DNA of 64,000 nucleotides, taken from the NCBI GenBank assembly GCA_973895155.1, contig OZ316893.1, positions 2,046,860 to 2,110,859 on the forward strand, read 5' to 3'. Under the pieces are notes generated by a model that worked only from the letters and a program-made list of their open reading frames with translations, did no database searches and was not told where the DNA came from. Of this stretch, positions 1 to 11,939 are shown piece after piece. The DNA comes from Marsupella aquatica. Its lineage: Eukaryota > Plantae > Marchantiophyta. The position numbers and the translations under genes were made by a program. Position 1 is the stretch's first letter, and every line of letters begins with the position of its first letter.

Positions 1-833
1 ATTCACTTAGCCTTCCACGAACGGGCAAATGCTCAAAACTTATTTGCAGAGACCCCACATCTCTGGCAGCACACACTGTCCCATCCAAGTTCTCGCATAG
101 AATGAGGAAATTGGCAAATTGGTAAAATATTAGTCCATTGGCCAGTCCCGGATCTGAGTGCAAGGAGTGTAGTTCGTTGAGTATTACATCTACACCTCCA
201 ACAGAGCCCCGGGTCTGCGCATTTATGAGCAAGTCCGAGTAACTAGAAACAGACATCACAGTTGTGGTAACTGACTCTTTATGGAATTCAGATCTGGACG
301 TACAGACTCGCCACAGGACCAGGTTCTCGTCAAAAGGATGTCATCGGATCCAGACTTAAGCCTGTCTTCACCAGCACTAAAGGAAACTACTACTCAATTC
401 ATCTTTACAATTCAGAACTATCTTAATCAATATGTTATGTCCTTGAGGACTTTGCTCGGCTCTCCATGTGAGAGGAGACTTTTGCCCATTTATGTGTGGA
501 CCAATTAATGCTTCTCAATTCGTGGGCAAGATGCTAATCATTCTTGCGTCAATATACAAGGCTGACTCCTACGAAACCAGGGAAACCAGAATTTGAAGAC
601 ATCAGCTCAGGCCCTAGTCGAAATGGACTCAATCCAGTTCTCTCTGGCGAGGAAGCTTTGCAGTAGCTTCCGAGACTTCTGAAGGGTGATCGCCAATAGT
701 CACTTTCAGCAGCTGCACAGCTTAACAGGTCCTTTAAAACTGTTCTCCCCGATTCAATACGATGCAAAAATGCTAAATCTGATGGCCAGCAGGCAGCTAG
801 CAAGAACCAGACTTCCAACCCTCAGGGTCAGGT

Positions 834-3800
834 CTATCGAGGGAAGGTGCCAGTCATCTTTACGTGATTAAGAGTTTGTGGCAACCCATATTGGGTGACA
901 GCAGCATGGGCCCTCCTGAATCCATCTCCGTATACTCGGGAAGGATCCATAGCAATTTGATTCATGAAGAATTCTCCAAGTCGTTGCTGATCCACTTGAT
1001 TTCCTTTCTTCATGTCAGAACCTGATGACGAACCTGAATGGCCAATTTGAGAGTGGAGCCAGAGATGCGCCATAACTTGACAAATTCCCTCCTCCACCTC
1101 ACTTCTAAGATGAGGAAATGAACCTGCAGCACACCGACCCAAGTGAGATATCGACTTCCTTCGTTTTCCAGTCTACCACAAAATGAGCGAAAGGAATGAA
1201 CCATAGTTAGAAGACCTAGATCCTGCAGATATCATTATTCATCAAACCAATGCATAACTTTCATTCATTACACAATTTATTCTCCAGCAACTGAAATAGC
1301 GGATGATGCCCAACTGAATATTCCTTGTCCTCAAAGTCACTTATTGCAGAATCGAGCAACGACAATCAATTGAAAGACCACTCAAGTATGATCGAGACCA
1401 CATGAAGACTTGCAATGTACGACTACAGGTGAAGCTTGAAACTATATCACTAAAGAAAATAAGAGCATTACCATCAAGGCGCAGCCAGCCGTGCATCAAT
1501 TCATGCGCCAGGATTGATCCTGTCAGTAGACTGTGGTAATGACCATTTCAAGTAGTCAGAAAGAATCCATCCCACGCAAAAGCTACACTCGCTTTGATTC
1601 GAACCATGTTACTCGACCAGCAAAAGTAGAGGAATATAGGATAGACAACTGACATGGTCAACCAAAAAAGGACAACTATGCAGTGGCTTACGGACTGCAG
1701 TAGACTCTAGATTTGTACTGGGATATTTGCTACAAGGTTAAATTCTCAATTACGTCAAAAAGAATCTGATTACCCAACAAACGTTGTGTATCATCTGTTT
1801 TGCGGTTCTACAACAGTGCTTCAGAGATGATATCCCCGTGGTTAAGTAAGCACTGCATATTACATAACTTTGCTGGTTACGGATTCAGACAATCAAAAGC
1901 TTGGATGGTAGAAGCATGTGCTTCAACTTACCGTGGAAGACCATAGAGAACCAGAATAGCAGTGACTTCGCAATGTCGTACTAATTTTTGAGATTCTGTT
2001 CTCGTGAGTAACTGAAGTCCATGCCTCGAGGGCTTTTTGTAAACCTGCATCAGAATTGAAAACATCACACAATGGTAACCATTCGTTTCAATTCCTATCT
2101 GCATCATAATTGAAGACATCACACAATGGTAACAATTCGTTTCAATTCGTATCAAAATAATGTTTACGGTCCTGTATTGTCTGTTTCAATGACCTTCAGA
2201 ATATCTAAGGATTCACAGACTCACAGAATGACTAAAAACTTCTACCGTAAGTGGTCTTTCCAATTTCTCTCAACCCCGTGACGTTTTCCACCCCCAGAGT
2301 ATGTTATATGACTAGCAACCTCAAGCCAGCCTGTTCTTGTAGCAATACACGGAGGGTGTAGTGGTCTCGCATCATACTAGTGGATACACGCCGCGGAGGA
2401 CAGGAAATAATGAGATAAATAGGATCCAAAGGGCAATAGCTTACGGTATTAATAATTTGCTCTTCTGATAGACACAACCCCCTCGTCTCAGCAGTATGGC
2501 GATGCCCCTGCAGAATTTCAAGGCTACTTAGGTCAGCGAGACATCCCCTCTTAATAAAGTAAAGTACTGACTACTCAATGTCCTTACTCGTGCCACATTG
2601 GTCTGCAAATCGAATCCTGACACAAACTCATACAACACGAGCTGCGCCAGCTGACACCTTCACCACGAAGTTCGGAAAAGATAGAAAGTTGTGACAAATT
2701 AATTCTTCCTAAACACTTCAAAGTCACATACTTACATCCTTTTCACCATCACGTGCAGCATTCAAAGCCTGTCTCTCCACAAGAAGCATTGGAATTTCTT
2801 GTTCAATGTTCATTCCTAAATGTTTGTAAAACTTCAATACATTATAATACAGAGGCTGGCACTCTTTCGTATCCATGATGACGGAGTCCAAACACTCCAA
2901 ACATAGCTTGCGCCCATCATCCAAGTCAACGTATGCTTCATCCCTTGGCTGCAGCCGAGCATCGCAACAGACACATCCTTGAGCCACATGGATACCTATC
3001 ATTCATTTGCATAACTTTCAAGATAGCTACGATGGACAAATCCCACTGTAATGCGAAATTCAGTAACGAATTTACACAAAGAGATTTAGAAATTGCAGTA
3101 AAGCTGTTCGTCTGTCAGAACTGAACTTTACCTCAATCCGGTCACAACTGCCACAGCGGGGTGTGCCATCACTTTCATGTACTGGACAATACTTGAGTCC
3201 CCAAAATGGATGTGACCGAAACTCTATCAACCCAGCGCGGTTTGTAGGGATCTGCAAGATTTTCTCATATTAGGGGGATTTACACACAAGGCGCACAACT
3301 AAGTACTAAGATAGTGACAGCGAATAGACCGCCAAGCTTAAGTAAGTCGGAGGGTAAGGGGTAACGTACGAAATTGTGACAAACTTCACACTTTGGATGG
3401 AAGAGCTCCTTGTAGCAGCGTTTATGATATGGTTCATGCCCTTGAACAGAAAACTGCAGTGACCAAACCCAGAAATCCATCCTTCAAAACTGTGTTTTTG
3501 ACAGAGTCCCAGAACTTTTATTCCACTGAAAAGCCGATCTTCCGCCAAAACCAATAAACCCAATTTGTGGCAAAGAATACAAGTCATCATTCATAATTTG
3601 AGGTCTAAATGTCTATCAATTGGTATCATTCCACCGTACAGAAACCATGTAGGGGAAGAAAAGAGTTCTCAGTGAGAACATTGCAGCTTGCATCTAGAGT
3701 ACAGACTTGTTTGGGACCCGCGCGATGACTACTTCAATCCACAATACCGCCAGCTAAGACGTCTTTCAAGATTTTAAGATACCAAATTAAGATTTTAAGA

Positions 3801-5648
3801 TACCAATTTTAAGATTTTAAGACTTGGAGAGGAATGCCTACGGAATAATACAATCATTTCCTGTGTCGATCCTGCCGGAAGCCTCTCACATGAGAAAAAA
3901 CTCAGGTCTCATTGTCCAGCCATCAAAGATATAGAGCTTACTGGGACCCTCGCTAGTAGTCGCAAAGGTGGACCACACTTCAAAATGACAAACTGATCCA
4001 GGAAAAGCGAGTAAGCAAAGAGCACTAACCTCATAATCAGTGATTGGCTCATTGCACGCGGTGCAACGAAAGCAGCGAGGATGCCATTGTGATCCCATGC
4101 AAGTCAAAAACCGCCCAGTCCCCAGTGGTTTATTACATCCAGCGCAAATGGGCGTCGATGCTCTGTCCTCCATTTTGCCAAATTTAAAAATTCAGATGTT
4201 TTCAGCAAAAATATCTATAAAACAAACAGGATTTCTCAACAGGTGCTTTTGCCAATCCAGATATTGCTCACTATAACTCAGGCCCAAGTCAAAAATCCAG
4301 GGTACTCAGCTACGGCAGGAGACACAATTGGGTAAGAGGGCACACAGTGGCCTCTCCTGATCATTAGAAGGTACAGTTATCTCAAATGAAACACAAACGA
4401 AAGAAACAAGGAAAGGCCACGGAAACGCCTGTATGCCCACCTTGGCATCACGTTCGAACGGGAAGGTGCTGGATCACCCCACAACCCTAAACCAATCGGA
4501 TCTCGAGCCGTATAGTCTACGTTCAGACTCTCTTGTAAAGCCCTTGCTAGCTCCTCGTCTGATTGCGTATTGAAATTCTGCGCTGAAAAAACGAAAAGGA
4601 GAATTATAACAAACCAGTCCTCACTCACATTCTGTGAGACTCGAAGAAACTTGATTTCAGGCCAAGTTGGGGTCATTTCATATTTGTTCCTTTAGTGGGA
4701 AAGAAATCAAGTTTCAGATGCCTTCAGCACCCTAACCTGCACTTCTCTCTTTTCTCCACAATTGCAACTTAGTTTTAAGAGGACGTCCTTCATATTTATT
4801 TGTTGCACCTGATGTACCCGCTAGCACTCACTTTCAATTCTTGGAAGGCCTCGGACAGCCACTTCGATGTAGCTCAAAGCTCTTCATCTAGACTACTTCC
4901 ACCAGACACTCCAAGTGCACCCTCAGGGGTCTGGTACGATGCCAATTTTCATCCTGCTTGTAGGCTTGGGGGGTGGCCTTTGTCCACTGCAAATATACTA
5001 CTGGGTTATCAGCGACTGAAAGTTCAGTGGCTTCCGGATGCAACTAGATCTACACAACTGTCTCAACTAACGTGGTGAGGTCGGAACCCAAGCATGCATG
5101 GCAAAATTGAATGCTTGCGATTATGAGTTCACCGGCATTCTTTAGGCATTCATTATTAGCCAGGCTCTCTCACTGAAGTCGTGTCTTTTAGGCTGGGAAT
5201 ATATGCTCATCGAGGCATAGTCCTACCTCTGGACTGGTGAGGATCCTGGTCCTGTTCTGCCAGAGAGAGAGCAATGGCTCGATCCAGTTCCTCACGTGCT
5301 CTGGAATTTGAGGAACTGGATTCTCCGTCTTCACGCTTTCGTCTTTCTTCCTGAGTAGAGAAAATAACCCTGGAATAAGCTTATACCAACGTGACAGGCT
5401 AGACTAGTATCACTCATGCAGCACGTGACAAATCCAAGTATCAGGCGGCCGCATCCACATAGAGAGATGGACAATACTGGAAGAGCGCTTCATGACTGAA
5501 AGTAATGGGTGGGAAACACAGGTGTGAGCGAATAAAGAAGGCGTTCACTCACTTCGAAGATATTTGGCAATCGATACGGTAAATTGTAATCCGATTCAGA
5601 TTCATCAGGAGCCGAGAAGAGGTTTTTGAGCCACTTCATTTTGGACAT
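834..5648 (-). CDS. DA1: DA1/DAR-family ubiquitin receptor and metallopeptidase (UIMs, LIM, LIM-like, HEXXH peptidase), about 11 coding exons
   Basis: GT-AG spliced exons give MKWLKNLF (ATG 5639, with an in-frame ATG at 5648), UIM-like EELDRAIALSL (5227-5350) and SDEELARALQESLN (4442-4582), and LIM CAGCNKPL..WHPRCFRCTAC (4030-4162). Later exons give YHKRCYKELFHPKCEVC, HPFWGLKYCPVHESDGTPRCGSCDR, DGRKLCLECL, ETRGLCLSEEQ, VTAILVLYGLPR, LLTGSILAHELMHGWLRL (1472-1530) and EVEEGICQV..YGDGFR. Stop at 834. DA1 versus DAR paralogue is not resolved. Confidence 0.93.
2045..2152. repeat. 54-bp tandem duplication covering a DA1 3' splice site
   Basis: CTGCATCAGAATTGAAAACATCACACAATGGTAACCATTCGTTTCAATTCCTAT is followed by a near-identical copy. 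Confidence 0.9.
3768..3822. repeat. About 21-bp intronic tandem repeat (AAGATTTTAAGATACCAA..), about 2.5 copies
   Basis: Seen directly in a DA1 intron. Confidence 0.8.
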
Positions 5649-7439
5649 TGCAGATCCCTCTCCTCCGACTCAAAATGAACCGACTGCATCCACAAACCCA
5701 GTTATCCTGTGAGCATCCAGTCCACCCCAACTCTCCAGTTTACCCCTTCTCCAGAGTCTCTGGCCCTTAAAAGCATTACCGTTCATTGTCATACTGGCAA
5801 GACTAAGGACAAAAATCAGAAATTGTATCAGTAAGATATCGAATTTCGATGAGGTCATTTCCTCTTAGCATGTGTTTTGGCAGCTTGAGGACGCCGAATG
5901 GTAACAAATCACATCAATGGTTTTCTTCCTTCGGGACATTACTTTCCAAAACCAAATTCGCCCCAAATTACGGAAAACCTCACTTTTCTAGATTGAACCC
6001 CTAATTTAGTTCGCATTAGGTGCTCCTTGAAATCCTAGGAACCAGCGATATCATTGCCAGATACGGCACCACCTCTTTCCCCCAATTCGATCCTCTCGCC
6101 GCCCACTGATTAAGAACGGTGTGCCCACAGAAGGTGGAATAGGAGGGCGTGAAAGTGTTTCAAATTGTACAGTAATTCCCGGAGCCCTGAAGAGAAACTG
6201 CAGCCGTAATCAATGACCCATAAACAACACAGTACCATCAAACACTACGAGATCGTATGTCCGAGCAGAGAATTCACAGGAATGAAAATTATGGTCACCT
6301 TGAACTCCTCCAAGCGTGAATGGATATCTGTAGTGAGCCCTGCTGGCAGTAAAGTGATCACCCGTGCGAGCCCACAGAAGACGACCTGCTGATTAGCGCC
6401 AATCTAACGCACAACACAGCAACGCACGGAACGACCACCACCACCAACAACCTCACCCTCTGACGGAATCAATCCAAGCCTGATCAAGCCCGAACCAGGA
6501 TCTGCCGTGGCGTGCCTGCGAAGGCTTCCACAGTCTATGGGAGGAGGGGGAGACGAGGCGAGACGAGGGGAGACGAGGCGAGACGAGAGGAGAGCAAGGT
6601 TGGCATGAGGTGGGCGTGCGATAGGAGGCAGCCGAGAGGAGAGGAGAGAAGACGAGCACGAGACTATGCTCCAATAATAAATGCCCTCCTCCAAAACGAA
6701 AACGTGGCCGGGGCACATTCGGCAGGGCCACCGAAGGATCGGGGAGGTCTACGACATCACTACTCTGTCACCCTGCGCGTCGAGTAGAGCATGTTTCTCT
6801 GCGCTAGGCTGCTGTTTTCAACGGGGAGCTGGCCGAAAAGGAAAGGAAAAGAAAAGAAAAGGAGGGGAAGAACAGATTCTACCACTGTAGTCGTCCTCCC
6901 TCGAATCAAAAAAAGCAGATGATACCGGAGCAACGAGAGACCGAATGAATGCCAGAAGGTATTAATGGCATGGAGCAGAGAACAGGAATAAAGATCGATG
7001 GAATGATGCAGGCCTCGACCCAGTTCACTGATACACCATTATCACAGGGGGAGAGTGTCGAATGAGAAAGGAACTGGATGGATCCGAGAGGAGAAAACGC
7101 CTCATCATCAATAACGGGAATTGGGAATCTGCGGCAAAGGAGGGGAACGAAGAGGGATACACTGATGAGATGCAAGTGAGGGGCAGCTGGGCAGCTGGGC
7201 AGCAGGGGCAGGGAAGGAAGCGAGACAAGGGCAGACTACCACTGGCCCCCTGGACCCTGACCGCCTGCCCTGCCCTGCCCTTGGCATACGGCCCGGCTGC
7301 CCGTTGCAGTGGCACCCACCTCCTGCCCAAGGCTTACGAAATTCTTGCTGCCCTGACTTGCTGAGCTGCTCAGAAGCGTTTTGCAATTTTATTTTATTTT
7401 TGCCTTGAACGCCAAAAACAGACTCATCCAAATGATAGA

Positions 7440-7734
7440 TTTCTACTTTGGAGAATGCACCACCCTAGTGTAGTCCACAAGGGAGGACATACCCAATGAT
7501 CCTATCCTAGAGGGACCAGTACCAAGAAGGAGGGACCAGTACCAAGGAGAGAGGGTTGGACCAGGACCACGAAGCAGCCAACCAGAGGCAGAGGGTAAAC
7601 CAGTACTCCCATCACTACACCCCCGACTCAACCCCACCCCACCCACCCACACATAGTGTGAAACAGGGATTGAACCTGGGACCTCTTGGTTCTAGGCTAA
7701 TCCCCGGGCCAACTGACCAAAGCCAGTTGTGTTT
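7440..7734 (-). mobile_element. tRNA-derived SINE-like element
   Basis: The minus strand starts GGCTTTGGTCAGTTGG (A-box-like) ... GGTCCCAGGTTCAATCCC (B-box) with tRNA-like spacing but no complete cloverleaf. A GC-rich body follows. The 3' end is approximate and no TSD was found. Confidence 0.55.
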
Positions 7735-9298
7735 TGCACCAAGGATTTGCACTGGTCTGCCATGCTAGGTGGCCAAGGGCAAATATGGATGGGTTTGCTT
7801 GTGAATCCCATCCATAAACTTCCCACAGGAACTCAATAGGGTTCTGCAAATGCACTGGCCCCGGCTAAATTTTCCTGCTCTGTGCCATTCCTACCCTCCA
7901 GTAGCAGTTGCAACTCTGCCTGCCATGGGACCTGCCTTTGGGTGCAGATGGCTGTGATTGGATGTAGGGCTTTGGATTGGACAACCTGCAGGAGGCAAGT
8001 TGGAATGTGTGTTGCAATACATTGCCAGGATTGAATTTTGAGTCAGTTTAGTGATATGCGTTGGGAGTCCTATCCGCCCAATTTACTGCCTGGGCCTGCA
8101 AGTGCTCACGGGCATGTCAATGGCAGCTAGCCTGGAATGGAGCATATGGGTGGGAATGCTCTCAGACTGAGTACCCAAGAGTCATACGCTTAGTCCAAAA
8201 AGGGCAACAAATAATGAATCAGTAAAATTACATTTGACGGACAAATGTTTTAGAGTGCTTATGAAACCTCAAGAAAATTGTGTCACGTGAATTTTAAGAA
8301 TGTTCAAAGCATCTTGATATAAACACTGACACAGGAAAATAATATTTTGGGTATTATAAAAGTCAATTAATGTCTCACGCAGGTCCTGCACTACCTAGGA
8401 TGGCACTACGATACCCTTGGTCCCCTACTCATTGCACTGCCCAGTCTGTGCACTTCCCAAGGCATTGCGTTGATAAATATTTATTTATAATCTGGAACAG
8501 AACTTTACGGAGATTTGCTGATGTATTCTAACATGACCTACTCTCGGTAAAGTGAAACCATGATTGATAATTTATCTAGTGACAGACATTTAGATTACTT
8601 TTGTGAAGTAAGCACTGGTATGGGGTCCTTTGAACATTTTCATATTTAGATTACGTTGAAATAAGCAGTGGCATGGGGGTCTGGGTTATAAGGAGCCGTT
8701 CTCTGCATAAGCCTGGGTATATGGGCCAATACTTCTTATTATACAATTTGCAAAGGAAAGCTAGAGTGAGGCTAGGATAGAAACTACAATCAAGTGGCAC
8801 CCCATGAAAACCCAGCTGTGTCCTAGCACGTACCTTGAGTCCTGGACCTACAGCCCTATCCATCTCCCAGGGCATTTTGCTGATTAATTTCTGTTAATAT
8901 ATTTTGTCTAGAACAGAAGTTTTACTAAGATGTTGGTGATCTATCCTCAGTTTGATTTGTAAATGAAATTTCCGTTCATGATCTACCTAATAGGGTTCCA
9001 TAGGCTAGAATTTTCTTTACACTATGAGTTTTGATATTTAGAGTATGCCTGTGAGACAACAGGATTATGGATTTCTGCCCTTTGTGCTCATATGACTTGA
9101 CAAGGACAACCCAACTTCTTCTTTTTTTGGCTTTGCAGCAAGCATGCATGGGTATTCCGGCTAGTGACAAGAACCACCTAACTTCTTATTTTGTTGGCTT
9201 TGCCACTAGCTGGCTCTAGCAGGTCAGAGGGAACCGAAAATTGTTCCACGGGGAAGACTTCTACACTACTGTAGTCCACAGAATCCTATGATCAGAGC

Positions 9299-10375
9299 AA
9301 CCAAAATCCATCATGGTCTCAAATGTCTGGGATCACATTGGGGAGTGGACTGGGGGTTGGGAGGAGGATGCAAGAGCAAGGGCAGATAAGGAAGCCAGAT
9401 GGGGAAAGTTACTGTACCTTATGTGTGGTGCTGCTACGGAGCTGGGGGTGCTGCACTCCCTGTGGCGCCCTGAGCCTTGCCCAGCCCAACCCTGTCCTTC
9501 CCTCCATACAGCCCGGCTGCCCTCACAGCTTATAAAAACCTTGCTGCCCCAGCTGGCTATCCTGCCACCGAGTACCCTGAGCCTGGACCTACTGACCCCC
9601 ACCTCCCTAAGCATTTTGAGGATAAATTCTAACTCTTTTCAAATCTTAAAACAGAACTCTCACAAAACTTTGTTGATGTATACTTTGCATTTCATGACAC
9701 AAGTCTATCTAGGGTGCAACCGTATGCAATAAATCTTCAGCATTCTAATTTTTTTATATGTGGGCTATGCTTGTCAATAAGCAATAGTAGGGGTCGAGGT
9801 AGGGGTTGGGCTCTTCCATGCTCATGTGCATGGACATTCAAGGCTCGTGGCAAGAACAACCCAACTTCCTTTTTTGGGGGGTTTCCCCAGCACGCTCATA
9901 GGCATGGGATTCGGACTAGTGACACGAACAACCCAACTTCTTTTTTTCGCTTGCCGCCAGCCTGCTCACATGCATGGGTATGCAAGATACTGTAGCGACA
10001 ATAGAATAACCCAAATTCTTTGTTCGGTTCTCTTTTATTTTTTGGCTTTGCGCCAGCAAGGCAGCAAGTGCAAGGCAACAGAAAATGGTTGCGAAAAAAC
10101 AAACATGCAAGACTTCTACACATCTTACACAAAAGAATCTATTGATCGAAAAGCTTATGTGGACGAGATGATCTTGGAAATCTTTCTCATCTGTTTTTGT
10201 ATTTTCTGTCAGATCTCCCTAGATTTAAGGGTGACCCTTAGATTCAGGCTAATGCTCTGTCGCTGAATGAGAAACTGGCTAATGGGACAGAAAACCTAGC
10301 GAATTAATCATTCCCCAAAAAAGCTGGATCAAACCAAACCAAAATCCATCATGGTCTCAAATGTCTGGGATCACA
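9299..10375. repeat. Perfect 39-bp direct repeat (9299-9337 and 10337-10375) flanking about 1 kb of repeat-rich DNA
   Basis: AACCAAAATCCATCATGGTCTCAAATGTCTGGGATCACA occurs twice exactly. Degenerate units of about 70 bp (ACAACCCAACTTC-T-run..GCATGGG) lie at 9100-9210 and 9850-10060. Confidence 0.85.
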
Positions 10376-11939
10376 AGCGGACCACTTTTCTTAGTGGCAA
10401 AGGCTCACTAGATTCCATCTCTCCTAAAAGTTGGCCACACTTTTTGACCAAAATTGGTTATAATTATATTTCCTATTATCCAATTGCCCACCTAGTCACA
10501 GCCACATTAACCAGGATCTAACGGCCATCCTTCCATCTAGGGAGATCTATCGGTCAGCAATTAATTTAGGAAATTCAAGTACAAAATCAGATTAAGCTTA
10601 GAGATTACGCTGCCATGGACCCTGATGGTCCCCTGGGTTGGGGGTGGGACCCTGAGTTGGGAGTGGGGAAGCAGGGTCTTCGTTTCGGGGTGTGTGCCCA
10701 GTCCTGCTCTGCCACGCAGGCATGAAATGATGGCTCGGGGGCCCTGGACCACTGGACACTAGAAGTACAATTTTGTACCGTAGGGGCGGGCAAGGCCTAC
10801 GGTACAGAGACCGCACCCCCCCCCCCCTCCCCCCGTATTCTTTCTCAGTACTGAGGACAGAATGGAAGGGACTTCTTTCTCCATAGCTTTGCACTCTTCT
10901 TTTGATTTGAGGTTCGTGTTCATCATCATGCACTTTCTTTTGCTTTTACTTTCCTGTGCTTTGTTTGGCCACGTTCAGTTAATTGGCGTTCCCTTTTTCT
11001 CTATCAAACTAACAAAGAGCAATCTAAAGTTACTCAGTGGGCCTACTATCTACCGTGAAGCATCTCCAGTCCTTAGGTAGGACTGAAATTTAGTGAGGGT
11101 ATAGATGACATAGCATCCAATCCTTTTTCCCCGAAAGGTTTCTAGCCCTTCTCATCTTTAATCATGTTCAAAAAATGGATATTCAGGCTAGTAGGTTCGG
11201 CTAGTAGGTTTGAACTTCTAGCTAAGGACTCGAGTAGGCAGGACCTACAATATCGAGGTGGGGGAGAGCCATTGTTTTGGTTTTAAACCACCATTGTCCA
11301 TATAAAAGGAGAAGTGTCCAAGACTCCTCACTTTTTCACATTGCTTTCCTCTAGCGTGAGACTTTGCTCCACAATTTCAGGAAAAGTATATTAAAAATGG
11401 TGAAACCTAACCAGGTTTTGTCATGGACAGTGGGGCTTTAAATCTAGGAAGTAGCCAAGGTAGCTACTCCATCCCCACCCTGGGAAGTATATGTGTATAG
11501 TGATATTCTTCAATAATAGTTCTGATAGATTCATATGAGCCAGTTTGCAGTCGATGATCTTAGGAAAACCATTGGATGTGGGTACAACTTGTGAATTCCA
11601 GTGAGAATTCAAGGAGAGTTGCTTTGGAAACCCTTTGTACATTTATTTTAGTGTTTCACGGTAAGTTTTTGGCAAAACTTAGTCTGGAAACAATGACTGG
11701 TGGGGTATAGTGAGTCAGTGATATGAGAAGCACTCCGTGAACTACGGTGCAAGTGAGGGACCTAATTCCCCAGCTCAACTAAGATGATCTAGTGTAATCC
11801 TCATCAACTTTGGTTGAAGAATATTTAGTACCTATCTGGATGAGAAGGATATTTAGGTAGTGTGAACCTACCCTGGCTAAGTAACGTTTACCAACCCCCT
11901 AACAAAGAAGAAGAATATTAGCAACTCCAGCTTTCATCC

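Noticed and set aside
4890-4987. Possible extra DA1 exon
   Set aside because: In the required phase it hits TGA after 12 codons, and the exons ending 5227 and starting 4582 join in frame without it.
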